Below the pieces are notes generated by a model. It had not been told where the DNA came from and searched no databases. It saw nothing but the letters and a program-made list of their open reading frames with translations. Shown piece by piece: positions 37,862 to 49,445 of a stretch of 64,000 nt of DNA. The stretch's first letter is position 1. Every line of letters begins with the position of its first letter. A program made the translations under genes and the position numbers. Source of the stretch: Glaucostegus cemiculus (taxonomy: Eukaryota); the NCBI GenBank assembly GCA_976551045.1, contig CDPCPM010000354.1, positions 6,572,001 through 6,636,000 of the forward strand. The letters are read 5' to 3'.

Positions 37862-38081
37862 GAGAGATTCTGCAGATGCTGCAATCTGGAGCAACTCACA
37901 CAAAATGCTGGAGGAACTCAGCAGGTCAGGCAGTATCTAAAGAGGGAAATAAACAGTCGACGTTTCAGGTCGAGACCCTTCATCAGGACCTGTCTCGACC
38001 CAAAAAGTCAACTGTTTATTTCCATCCATGGATTCGGCCTGACCCGCTGAGTTCCTCCAGCAATTTGTGTGCGTTGCTCCA
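37862..38081. mobile_element. Fold-back non-autonomous Penelope-terminus element
   Basis: Arms 37887-37977 and 37992-38081 are imperfect reverse complements around a 14-nt loop; homologous to the terminus of the element at 31945-32080. Confidence 0.85.
37953..37993 (-). ncRNA. Minimal type I hammerhead ribozyme motif (Penelope-associated)
   Basis: Minus strand ACAG-GTC CTGATGA AGG-GTCTCGA-CCT GAAAC GTC^GACTGT: intact CUGAUGA and GAAA core, 3-bp stem II, palindromic ACGT stem III, GUC triplet, stem I GTC/GAC extended by ACA/TGT. Confidence 0.75.
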
Positions 38082-38577
38082 TACAAGTTTTCGCTGACTT
38101 TGATCATGCATTGGTGAGCGCATGATGTGTGCCTTGCATAACCAAGTCTGCAGATAAAGAAAGGCAACTCAAATTCACGTTCCCACTTGGATCAATATTT
38201 TTCTGACACAAGTTCTTTGATTATTCAAATCCACTCTCTTTACTTGAAATCCGTGCTTCAATTAGATTAGTAGGAAGGCACTACTCATATCGATATCAGC
38301 ATTAACAAGCTTCAGCTCCCAAGTATTCAATTCTGATCATATAACAAGATGCGTAAGAAACACACTCTTAATCCAGTGAGGGTTCAGTGTATTATTCAAA
38401 ATGAATAGTCAGGGATTCATTGTGACTTCTTTGTGTTGTCTCATTGAATAGAACAGGGCAGAGAAAGTGATTGGGTACCTTCGGGGCTACATCAAGTAAA
38501 CAAGATACTTTACAATCAAAGAGCAGGATGGGAAATCAGGGAAATGGACAACAGGCCGTGCAATATTGGAGAAGCGG

Positions 38578-38790
38578 AAAGAACATACTTGCATTTCTGT
38601 TGCATCTTTGATGACCTCAGGGAAACCTGAAGCATTTTACTGTCAAATGAGCACTTTGAAAATGCAGACTCTGTTGCAACGTCAGAAACAAGGTGGGCAA
38701 TTTGTGCACAGCAAGCTCCCACAAACAGCAACGTGGCAATGATCAGGCAATTTGTTTTTGTGATGTCGATGAGGGCTAAGTGTTAGCACC
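38578..38790 (-). mobile_element. SacSINE1/DeuSINE-like 3' part
   Basis: Reverse complement ...tgatcattgccacgttgctgtttgtgggagcttgctgtgcacaaattg...ttcaaagtgctcatttgacagtaaaatgcttc...cctgaggtcatcaaagatgc...aaatgcaagt. Confidence 0.75.
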
Positions 38791-38863
38791 CCACAGATCT
38801 CCCTTAACTCTCTTCCCTCTCACATTAAGCCTACGCCCTTGAGTTCTAGACTTCCCTGCCCTG

Positions 38864-39696
38864 TGTTATGAAGTAGCTTACTTAGGCAAATATCCCTTTA
38901 AGATGGGACATTGTGTGTGTGTGCAACGTATTGCGTCAGCAGAAGATGGGACTAACGTGATGAGGTCACTGCAAGAAAGAAAAAGATAAGAGAGAGAGAG
39001 ACAGACAAACAGATGGAAAGAGAGAAGAAGGAGAGATGGCAGCTTGTTTTGTTTCTGTCGTTGGATGAAGGACAGTAACTGGGTTTGTCACTAAAATCCG
39101 TGGATGGATTTCTGGAGTAGTCCAGTGGAGTTCACTTTGTCGGTAACCTGTAGAAGGACACAGGTGTTTGCGTGAACAACCACATTTTGGATGCTCTTCT
39201 GAGTGGCAGATACTGTGGAACAAAGTGACGGAATTCACTTTGCTGCTAACCTGTAGAAGAACACAGGTATTTGCATGGACAGTCAACATACAAGGAGTTT
39301 TCAGGGTGAGAAAGTCACTACTGAGTAAGCCCTGAAGTGTCGTTTGAGTTCCGAGTGGAACATTTGGATTTCGTGATTCCTCTCTAATCTCTCTCTATAT
39401 CTATGTTTTGTCTTCGGTGGACGGTACTTGTGAAGAAGCCTTTTTTCGTGTTTCACTGTACGGCTTACTGAACTGAACTTGAAGAACTAATTCCTGGACT
39501 TGGGAGTTTAGGAATTTGACGCACACACACGACGAGTAGTTTTGAGGTTCTAGTTTTGGGGTTAAGATTCTAACATTTTATTGTGTACTAATATACTAAC
39601 TTTTTATTCTTATTTTACGTATTATCGGATATAGTTATTAATAAAGTAGTTTTAACACTTTATAAGTGTGCTTCTTTTGTTGCTGGTTTCGTAACA
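38864..39696 (+). mobile_element. Solo LTR (833 bp; Gypsy- or ERV1-type)
   Basis: Begins TGTTATGAA and ends TTCGTAACA (8/9 inverted termini, TG...CA); 4-bp TSD CCTG at 38860-38863 and 39697-39700; AATAAA near 39640; internal tandem duplication. Confidence 0.88.
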
Positions 39697-40492
39697 CCTG
39701 TTCAGCTAAAAATAAAAAAAGCTGCGGTTGCTGGAAATCTATAACATTAACTCTCTTTTTCTTCCCATTGATGACCTGCAAAGTGTTTCCAAAACCTGCG
39801 CTTTTGTTTATGTATTTTCATATGGGAAGAAGACAGCATTTTATTCTGACGGTTAACACTTCCAAAGGCTGACCCAAGTCCGCTGGAACCATTGTGTTGC
39901 CTGTAATCCCTGTTCACAGTTACACCACAGTGTTCCAAAGAGAGAGTTAAATCCCATTTACATCCTATTTGTATTTGCATGAATCAGTTCTTCAACATTT
40001 CCCCCAATTCACAGCTTGTTCTTTAGAACTTCATGACAACATCTTTGATCCCTCACAGCATGCTGGGATATTATGTTCAGTCAGTTTATTGTGTGTGGCC
40101 CCTCCTGCATGATTCTGTTTTTACCACCTCTACAAGTCATGAACTTCAGATCCGAACCATTTTCCATCTTGTCACACCACTTTTCCACCTTTTGCTCAAA
40201 ATCTGAAATCTGCCTTCCCATTCCTTAAACCATTGACTGGTGTAAAAGACTTCCTTCTCTTTACCCTGTCTAAACCCAACGTAACCCTGTCCATCCCACA
40301 AATCTCCTCTCAACCTTCTTGCTCCAAGTAAAACATTCTGTGGCTTCTCTAGTGTAAGTCTTGCTGAAATCCTTTGTCTCTGTGACTATTGTGGTCACTG
40401 TGAACATGTAAGAAGTAGAAGGATATTTGGGCAGGACGAGATAGAGAGGGAGATTCAGGGTGGTTACCATTTCAGAAATAGTCGATAATTCT

Positions 40493-40797
40493 GGGCAGAC
40501 ACGGTAGGGTAGCGGTAAGTGTAACGCTATTACACTACTAGTGATCCAGGTTCAATTCCGGCCACTGGCTGTAAGGAGTTTGTACGTTCTCCCTGTGACT
40601 ACGTGGGTTTCCTCCGGATGCTCCGGTTTCCTCCCACATTCCAAAGATGTACAGGTTAGGAAGTTGTGAGCATGCTATGTTGGCGCCGGAAGTGTGGCAA
40701 CACTTGCGGACTGCCTCCAGAACACTCTACTCAAAAGATGCATTTCACTGTGTGTTTCAATAATCATGTGACTAATAAAGAAATCTTATCTCATCTT
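40493..40797 (+). mobile_element. V-SINE, second family, full length
   Basis: gggcagacacggtagggtagcggtaagtgtaacgctattac...GGTTCAATTCC...V-domain...catttcactgtgtgtttc...gtgactaataaagaaatcttatctcatctt. Confidence 0.9.
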
Positions 40798-41604
40798 AAA
40801 GGGCTTGGGCTTATACTCAGCTGTGCTACCTCTTGAACAGCGTCCCTTCAGGTTGTGAGAAAGGGGTCCCTTCGAGACTCACAACTGAATGAAAAATATT
40901 TTGCAGGAACATTGTGGTGAATGCTTGAATGGTATTTGCTCACGTTCCAGCAGTGCCTCACGTTGGGTGTGGGACAACTCTAACCATAGCTACAGATCAA
41001 TCGTGGTAGTTCAGTTCTCCAGATACTCATACTCCGCTTTCACAGAGGGTGTTAGCACTGGATAATTTAGATGGGTTCACATTATTTTTGTTGATCCAGG
41101 AGACTCTTAAACATATCAATGCACACAGTTAAGCAAAATAAGAATTCTACCTTCAATAATTCCGGAGTTTTCATGTTGTATACGTGGCTTGGGGGATTGA
41201 CTGAAACGCTTACAACCTGCTGAATAATTCAATCTCTATTCCCTATGTACATTTACTTATTTCTATTTATAGCCTCTGCTTTTGATTTCATGGATTACTT
41301 TGAAGTAAAGATCTAGGTTTACCTTATCTCTGCCATTTAATATTTTATACATTTCGATGAAGTTTCCCCCCCCTCCACTTAAACTGAATTCTTTCAGCAC
41401 TTTAAAGTGTAATCTTTTTTCATCTTTCACAGTTCATCCTCTTTACACTGGGGATTAACCTTGCTTCTTTTGTCCCTTTTGTGATTCAGGGAATTTTGTT
41501 TTTGGTGCGATGTTTTCAATATTCACAAAGCTCTGTCATAAATATCGAATGAGCAAGTGTGTCATGTGGAGAGCTCGCACACAGGGCAAGGAGCAACTGA
41601 TCCT

Positions 41605-41720
41605 ATGATGTCTACTGCTCTGTGCCTGTGATGCTGCTGCAAGTAAGTTTTTCCTTGCACCTGTACATACACGTACTTGGGCGTATGACAATAAACTCGA
41701 CTTTGACTTTTTGACTTTGA
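41605..41720 (+). mobile_element. Rex1-type 3' tail with (TTTGAC)n end
   Basis: gtgcctgtgatgctgctgcaagtaagttttt...gacaataaactcgactttgacttt; reverse copy at 51955-52270. Confidence 0.7.
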
Positions 41721-41737
41721 TTGACAGAACAGTGCCA

Positions 41738-42570
41738 TTCATAGAGTTCATAGGGTTATACAGCACGGAAACAGGCCCTTTGGCCCGACTGGTCCATGCC
41801 AACCAAGATGCCCATCCAAGATAGTCCCATCTGCCAGCTTTTAGCCCATAACCTTCCAAACCCTTCAAATCCATGGAACTGTCCAACTGTCTTTTAAAAG
41901 TTGTTGTTGTACCTGCCTCAACCACTTCCTCTGGCAGCTCATTCCACATACACACCACCCTTTGTGGAAAAAAACATTGCCCCTCAAGTTCCTAGTACAT
42001 CCCTCCCCTTTCACCTTAAACCTCTGTCCACTAGTTCTTGATTCCCCAACCCTGGGAAAAAGGCTGAGTGCATTCACCCTGTCTATGCCTCTCACGATTT
42101 TATACACCTCTAGAAGATCATCTCTCAGTCTCCTAAGCTCCAAGGAATAAAGTCCTAGCCTGTCTAACCTCTCCCTATAACTCAGTCCCTCAAGTCCTGG
42201 CAACATCCTCGTAAATCTTTTCTGCACTGATATAGTTCCTATAGCAGGGCAACCAAAGCTTCAAGTACAGCCTCACCAGTGTCCTGTATAACCGCACCAT
42301 GATCTCCCAACTTTTATAATCAATGCCCTGACTTGTGAAGGCCACTGTGCCAAAAACCTAGAGAAACAAAGGACTGCAGATGCTGGAATCTAGATGAAAA
42401 ACACAATGATGCTGGAGGAACTCAGCAGGCCAGGCAGCATCCGTGGAGAAAAACAGGTGGTTAATATTTTGGGTCAGGTGCCTTCTTTAGGACTGGCCAA
42501 AAGCCTTCTTCACCACCCTGTCTACCTGTGACTCCACTTTCAATGAACCATGTCCTCGTACTCCAGGGTT
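41738..42570 (-). mobile_element. CR1 (HER1-like) LINE 3' part, interrupted by a Penelope terminus at about 42360-42495
   Basis: QKRFTRMLPGLEGLSYRERLDRLGLYSLELRRLRDDLLEVYKIVRG and WNELPEEVVEAGTTTTFKRQLD. Confidence 0.93.
42360..42495 (-). mobile_element. Penelope terminal fragment
   Basis: gaaacaaaggactgcagatgctggaatctagatgaaaa...ccttctttaggact closely matches 59535-59665. Confidence 0.85.
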
Positions 42571-43929
42571 GGTCTGTTCAAAGCCATAATACACAGGTCC
42601 CCATGGCACAACACCCTCTATCATGATGCCACCGTTCAATGCATGCGAACGATATTCGCAGTTCAGCAGCTTGCTACATGATTCTTGATGTGTCAGACAA
42701 TTTTTTTTCTGTTGTCATCTGACTGTCAGACAGATTTGATAACTAGAGAATCACAACATCTCGTGAAGAGACTTCACCCAACAGGGATTATTACAGAGAC
42801 ACAGGAGATTGTAGGTGCTGGAATCTGGAACAACAAACAATCAGCTGGAGGAACTCAGCGAGTTGAGCAGCGTCTGTGGAGGAAAATAAATTTTTATCAT
42901 TTTAATTTGAAGCCCTGAATCAGGACCGGGGGTGGTTTTGGAAGATAGTCAGTATAAAGAGGAGATAGGAAGTGATGAGACAGGGGCCAGTGGATTATTA
43001 CAGCCTGGATATTCATTCAGTTCCCAGGTGCTCGATTGAAGAATGGGTGACAACAAGGGGGGGCACATGAGACGAGGGGTGTTGGGGGGGGGGTCAACCG
43101 GAGGGTAATCTCTACATCCTGCTCCAGAATTAGAACATAGAACACCTACAGCACAATTCAGGCCCTTCAGCCCCAATGTCCTTTAAACCCCCATGAACAC
43201 TACCTCATTATTCCTCTTTTGCACTATTTATTTATTTTTGTGATTTTAATGCCTTTATGTCCTGCACTGTACCGCTGCTGCAAAACAACTAACTTAATGA
43301 CATATGTCAGTGATAATAGACCTGATTCTGATCCTGACTGCAGCATGATAATAGTTTATAACATTTTCTAACTACTTTTAGTTCCGATGGAAGATTATTG
43401 AGCTGAAACTTCATCCCTGTTCCTCTCTCTGTAGATGCTGCCTGACTTGATGAGTATTTCCAGTGTTTCGGTTTTATTGCAGAAGCTGAAGCATCTGCAT
43501 GAATTTTCTTCCAGGCGATTGTTTAATTCACTGCCACTTCTCCTCCAGGAACGTCCATCATTGAGAATCACTGGTTCACTCTCTGGTAACGGTTCTCTTT
43601 GTCTCTCTTACCCTGTTCGGAAGCTGCCTGACCTGCAGAGTACTTCCAGCATTTTCTGTTATTACTTTGTCTTTCCAACATTTGTTGAGTATTTGCTTTT
43701 GGTTTACATTTGTACATGCCAGATCAGACTCTACAAAAGGAAACTCATTGGTACTTTGTGTGTGGGCTACAAACTTCATTATTTAATGACTAAGCTGAAG
43801 AGAAACTGAAGTTTGCATTAAATCTGGAATGTTTCACAAAGTGCAGATTAAATTTGCCTGATGTGGGGTTACTAATATTTTTAGGAACCATTTATAGAAC
43901 CGGGAACTTCAAGTCAGAAATTCAACCAG

Positions 43930-44461
43930 TTTGCCCACAGCTTGGTATAGCAACTGCTCTACCCGTGACCAGAAGAAACCGCAGAGCGTTGTGGACACAG
44001 CTCAGCACATCACGAAAACCAGCCTCCCCTCCATGGACTTTGTCAACACTTCTCGCTGCCTTGGAAAAGCAGTCAACATAATCAAAGACCCCTCCCACCC
44101 CAGAGATTCTCTCTTTCCCACCCTTCCATTGGGCAGAAGATACAAAAGCTTGAGAACACGCACCACCAGGCTCAAGACAGCTTCTATCCCGCTGCTATAA
44201 GAGTCTTGGACAGTTCTCTTGTATGCTAATGATGAACTTTAGTTCTCACAATCTACCTCATTGTGGCCCTTGCATCTTATTGTGTAGCTGCACTGCACTC
44301 TCTCTGTAACTCTAACACCTTGTTCTGCATTCTGTTATTGTTTTCCCTTGTACTACCTCAAAGTACATGTTTTGAAATGATCTGTATGGATGGCTTGCAA
44401 AAGAAAAATTTTCACTGTATGTCTCGGCACATGTGACAACAATAAACCAATTCCAATTCCA
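43930..44461 (+). mobile_element. Rex1/Babar LINE 3' end (second lineage)
   Basis: TAWYSNCSTRDQKKPQSVVDTAQHITKTSLPSMDFVNTSRCLGKAVNIIKDPSHPRDSLFPTLPLGRRYKSLRTRTTRLK; tail gtgacaacaataaaccaattccaattcc. Confidence 0.92.
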
Positions 44462-44584
44462 TAGTTGCCTGAGAGTTGCAGCAGCCATGTATTGTACTCC
44501 ATTTGTGAACATTGTTTCTGTTGAAAACTGATGGGTCTATGTTTCAGAGACAGACCGCACTAAAGAGCTGCCAGTAAAATGGAA

Positions 44585-44845
44585 TGTGTGAGCTTATTCT
44601 CCCTGTGACTGCATTTCTTTCCTCCAGTGCCCCATTTTCCTCCAACATTCTTGGATGTGTGACTTGTTTGGTTAACTATCTGCTGTAAACTATCCCCAGT
44701 GTGTAGGTGAGTGGTAGAATCTCGGCGAGTTGACAGGACTGTGGGGTAAATAACATAGGATTAGTGTAGGATTGGTGCAAATTTAGACCTGATGGTCTGT
44801 GCGGACCTGATGGGCCGAAAGGCCTGTTTCCATGCTATGATTCCA
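44585..44845 (+). mobile_element. HE1-like SINE, 5'-truncated
   Basis: ttctccctgtgactgc...gtgtgtaggtgagtggtagaatct...gggccgaaaggcctgtttccatgct. Confidence 0.75.
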
Positions 44846-44873
44846 CCGCACAGATGACCAAGGATAAACCTCG

Positions 44874-45305
44874 ACACGAGAGATTCTGCAGATGCTGGAA
44901 TCTGGAGCAATACACAACAAGTGCTGGAGGAACTCAGCAGGTCAGGCAGCGTCCATGGAGGGAAATAAACAGTTGTTGCTTCGGGCCGAGACCCTTTCAC
45001 CCCTTTGAATTTACTTTTCCCGTTCCGTGGATATTGTCCTGAAATTTGCACAAAAAATCCAACAGAATAATGTGAACCTTTGTGTTTTCCAGCTGTTCCG
45101 AAGGGACATCTGCCTACTGTGCCCATACCAGCTTAAATGTACACGGATCAATGGGAAGGTGTTGCTGCGCAAGGCTAAAGTTAACCCGGAGCAACACACC
45201 GGGTGAAGGGTTTTAGCTCGAATCATTGACTGTCCATCCCTGCCTGATCTCCTGAGTTCCTCCAGGGCCTCATGTGTTGCTCCACCTGCAGTCTCTTCTG
45301 TCTCC
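44874..45305. mobile_element. Inverted pair of Penelope termini around a ~200-bp spacer
   Basis: 44874-45000 and 45203-45305 are diverged reverse complements, both ending at the hammerhead-like segment. Confidence 0.7.
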
Positions 45306-45809
45306 TAAAATAAACCTATTGAGGTGGAGATTCTTCCTCAGTCATACATGCTAAAACCACACTATAGTTTTGCTTTAAGTCTCATATTTTCGTAAAAGAC
45401 AGTAGGTAAGCAAGTATAACATATCATTGAAACCGGCTGCTGCAGGAATTGCAATAGAATCTTACAGCACAAAGGAGGCATTTGACTCTTTGTAGGTTTG
45501 CCAGCTCTACAAAGGGCCAATCATTTCTTCCAACTGTTCTTTCCCCACTTATGAATAAGAAATAGGACATTAGATAAAAATCCCTCAACCACACAGCAGG
45601 TTGACCTCCAGCTGAGGAAAGAAAGTAAGTCTGACGTTGATTGGAATCTATCAGCAGAACCAGGGTGGCTCAGGCAGAACCATAAATCACTGATTTAAAA
45701 ACCGCTGTGTTTTGGTATTTGGAAGTTGAAGTTAAAGCAAGGCAGAGATCCCAGTTGGCTGAAACATGGATATTCTGCCAGGTGTGTGAGACATCTTTGG
45801 GGAATACAT

Positions 45810-46106
45810 CCTCAGCTCAGAGTATTGCAGTCACCCTGGGGTTGAGGGTGGCTTGCTTCTACTCCACGTTTGTGGATACTGGGATCTACTGTAGGTCATA
45901 GCAACCAACTGTCCCACATATAGACCATCAGGTGCTTGACAGGGTGGGTAGGAGAGAAGCCTGTGAAGTGGTGAGCTCCCTCAGCCATTTTCTGTGTGCT
46001 TCTGATGTATGCCTTTGAGGTTCTCAACACCACCTTGAATGTTACTTCTTCACTTTGAGCTGCCATGGCCCAGGGATTCCCAGGAGTCAGTGTGGATGTT
46101 GCACTT
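45810..46106 (-). mobile_element. RTE-clade LINE 3' end
   Basis: Minus strand KCNIHTDSWESLGHGSSK*RSNIQGGVENL continues directly from ...KASLKK at 46800. Confidence 0.7.
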
Positions 46107-46451
46107 TGTTAGATTTGGGTTTAAATTGTTATTTTTTTCTTGTGGTTTAACTTTCTTTATGCTTATTTATATATTTGTATAATCACCTGTTTGACTGTAA
46201 ATTTTCAGTAACTTGTAATATAGTTGCTTCTGTAATTCTGCAGTTTCTTTGTCTGTGAGACTGAAGTGTAGCTCAGACAGCACTTTTCCACTGACTGCCT
46301 TTATCAAGGAGACTCCCATATCTTTCCAGTTTGACTGGTTTGCAGTAAACAGAGAGAATATGAGGACTTGCTGTTACTTGCTGTTCCTTGCTGCTACTTA
46401 CTGTTACAGGCTGAAGCTCCCTAACCTGTACTTTGATGAGCATCTAATAAT

Positions 46452-46692
46452 AGGGCGGCATGATAGCGTAGTGGTTAGCGTGACGCTGTTACAGCGCCAG
46501 CAATTGGGGTTCGATTCCCGTCGCTGCCTGTAAGGAGTTTGTACGTTCTCCCGTGTCTGCGTGGGTTTCCTCCGGGTGCTCCGGTTTCCTTCCACATTCT
46601 AAAAGATGTACGGGTAGGTTAGTTTGGGGGGTTTAAAATGGGCGGCGCAGACTCGTTGGGCCGAAAGGACCTATTACCAAGCTGTAAATAAA
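46452..46692 (+). mobile_element. Short, apparently young V-SINE with CR1-like tail
   Basis: gggcggcatgatagcgtagtggttagcgtgacgctgttacagcgccag...GGTTCGATTCCC, V-domain, gactcgttgggccgaaaggacct...gctgtaaataaa; CpGs retained. Confidence 0.88.
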
Positions 46693-46799
46693 TTTTAAAT
46701 TTTAAAAATTTTAATAAATTCAGCTGTAACCATAAGATGGGTGCCTCATTCTTGACTTCTGAAGAACCTTCTGGATAACAATATCTCCAGATCCCATAG

Positions 46800-46968
46800 C
46801 TTCTTCAAAGAGGCTTTCAATTCATCCTTGAATCTTTTCCTCTGTCCACCTGGTGAAGTCTTCCTGTGACAAAGTTTGGAACAGGGTGTCTGCAGTATGA
46901 GTCTGGTGTTGGGTATGTGAACACTGTGGTCTGAACAATGGACCTGACTGAGTGTAATGAGTTGGGGC
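46800..46968 (-). mobile_element. RTE-clade LINE RT C-terminal fragment
   Basis: HIPNTRLILQTPCSKLCHRKTSPGGQRKRFKDELKASLKK resembles the RTE motif RMPDxRLPKQxLYSEL..GKR.PGGQRKRFKD.LKASLK. Confidence 0.8.
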
Positions 46969-47574
46969 TGGAGTGTTGTATATCCTCCGTTGGATGAGTA
47001 AATGATAGTCACAGATCTTCCTGGAGGCAATGGTTGTGTGTTTGAAATCCTACCTGTTTAAAATAGCTACCAGATTCGCAGAATGGTTACAGTGGAAACG
47101 AGGCCATTCATCCGTCTAGTCCATACCACTCTATGTAGGAGCAATACAGCTAGTTTTGCACTCCCATGTTCTTCCCACAGCCCTGCATTAGTTCATTTCA
47201 ACTGCTTATCCAACTTCTTGTTCAATGCTGCCATTTAATTTGTCTCAACTACAACTGAGAGTTTTTCATTACCTCTTTGAATCACCAAATATTTACAACA
47301 GAGAAGTAGGTCATTTGGGCCATCATCTCTGTGCCAGGAAGAGCCCTCCAGACTAATCCCATCTCCAACACGGCTGGTTGTAGGGTCACCAAGAGCACAT
47401 CCATGTTACTGTTTAAAGGACTCTGCTTCCACCAACCCTTCAGGCAGTGAATTTCAGACCATTTCACTCAGGGTGAAAACGATTCCTCATTTCTTTGGAA
47501 TGTTTCCACCTATTATTTTAAATCAACACCTCCCATTTTGGATCTTTTTGCAAAAGGAAATAGGTCCTCCGATT

Positions 47575-47815
47575 TTCTCATCTAGTTCTCGCACTTCTGC
47601 TCTCACCCCTTCTCTTCTCCAGGACAGAGCAAGGACAGAGCTCCCCTTGTCTTCACGATTTCTGCCAACTCCAACAAGATCCCACCACCATACACGAGCT
47701 CCCCTTCCCCTCAAAGGGCCAGTCTTCTTTGTGACTCCTTCGCCCGCTCTCCATCCCCAGACAACCTCTACAGCACCTTCTCAGGAGATGCAACACCTGA
47801 AACTGTATGCACCTC
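47575..47815 (+). mobile_element. Degenerate Penelope internal fragment within old CR1 sequence (about 47295-48145)
   Basis: gcacttctgctctcacccc...tctgccaactccaacaagatcccaccacca is similar to 60160-60320. Confidence 0.6.
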
Positions 47816-48292
47816 AGTGAAGTCTCCCATCCTCTGTTGCAAAGAAAACAACACTGGCTCATCCAGTCTTTCCTCACTGCTGACATTTTTAAGTCCTTGT
47901 AATTTCTTCTGCTTCTTCTCCAGTGCAGTCACATCTTTCCCGTAATGTGCTGGCAAGAACAGTACACAATACTCTAGTTGTAGCCTAATGAGTTTGTCTA
48001 CTACCCCAACAAAACCTGATATACTGCCTCATATTCTATGTCCCAGCAGATAAGGGAAAACATTTTCATGTATTTAACCCACAATATTAATTTGTCCTGC
48101 TTACTCTGAGGATCTGCGGCTGTGTATGCCAAGGTCCCTCCCTCCACACTACTCAATATCCTCCCACTGACCTAAATAATTAATTTTGCTTATTCCTTTG
48201 TTCCCTTTTAAACTGCAGTACAATGTTAACAGTTTTCCAATCCCTTCGCACCAATTCTGCAGCCTGGAAGGATTAAAAATTGTTGTTGTAGG

Positions 48293-49445
48293 ATCATAGA
48301 AATATAGAATCGTACAGGACAGGAAAGGGACCTGTTGGTCCTTTGCATTCAAACCGACTGTGATGTAATATTGGAATATGGCTTTCCAAAATGCGTGACC
48401 TCACACTTGCCTGGAATAAATTCCAACAGCCACCTCTCCGCTCAACTTTCCAACTGATCAACATCCCGTTCCATCCTTAGACAACCGTCTTCACTACCTA
48501 CAGCTCCACCAGTTTCTGTGTCATCTGCAAACTTACAAATCAGGCCACCTACATCCTCATTCAGGTAATTTCTATATATTACAAACAACAAAGGGGTCAG
48601 CACTGATCCCTGCAGTACATCACTTGTTACTGATTTCCGGTCAGAAAAATACCAACCCACCAGTACCCTCTGTCTCCTCTAACCAAGCTAATTTTGGATC
48701 TAGTTTGCCAACATGCCTTGGATCCCTTGTGCTTTAATCTTCTAGACCAGCCTACCATGCAGGTCCTTGTCAAAAGCCTTACTAAAGTCCATGTAAACCA
48801 TGAGTACTGCTCTGCCTTTGTCAATTTTCTTAGTTACCTCCTCAAAAACTCAGTCAGATTTGTGCGAAATGAACCCCTGCACCGAACCATGCTGGCTCAT
48901 ACATTTCCAAGTGAGCATAAATCCTGCCCCTCAGAATCTTCTCCAACAACTTCCCTACCACTGGTGTAAGGCTCACTGATCTATAGTTTCTGGACTTGTC
49001 CCTTCCACCCTTTTGGAACAAGGGGACAACATTAGCCATTTTCCAGTCTTCTGATATCTCACCCATGACTAATGAAGATGCAAAATTTCCCATTAGAGCC
49101 TCAGCAATCTCCTCACTTGCTTCCCTTTGCATCCTGGGATAGAACCCATTAGGCCCAAAGGATTTATCCACCCTACGGTGCTCCAATATTTCGAACATTT
49201 CCTCCTTCCTGATCTCCAGAATATCAACATACCCCTCCCTGCTTTTTTTTTGTTCAGTGTGTCTGTGTGTCTCTGCTGTTTGTTATTTAATGAGACGAGC
49301 TCCAGAGGAGGACGGTATCTCGCTCCTATGCATACCATGTATGTATATGGTTGTGACAATAAAACTGATTCTGATTCTGATTCTGATTCCTTAATTCTCC
49401 AACCTTCATCCTTCTCTCTGGTGAATACTGATGAGAATTCTGTTC
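48293..49445 (-). mobile_element. CR1 ORF2 RT fragment plus a short CR1 tail; Rex1-type tail inserted at about 49255-49390
   Basis: GPNGFYPRM...EDWKMANVVPLFQKGGRDKSRNYRSVSLTPVVGKLLEKILR and VTSDVLQGSVLTPLLFVIY...ICKFADDT. Confidence 0.93.
49255..49390 (+). mobile_element. Rex1/Babar 3' tail with (TCTGAT)n, same family as 3589-4100
   Basis: gacgagctccagaggaggacggtatctcgctcctatgcatac...gttgtgacaataaaactgattctgattctgattctgattc. Confidence 0.9.

Noticed and set aside
46452-46530. tRNA gene
   Set aside because: The A/B boxes run directly into the SINE V-domain; these are SINE heads, as at 599, 28604, 40493 and 53337.
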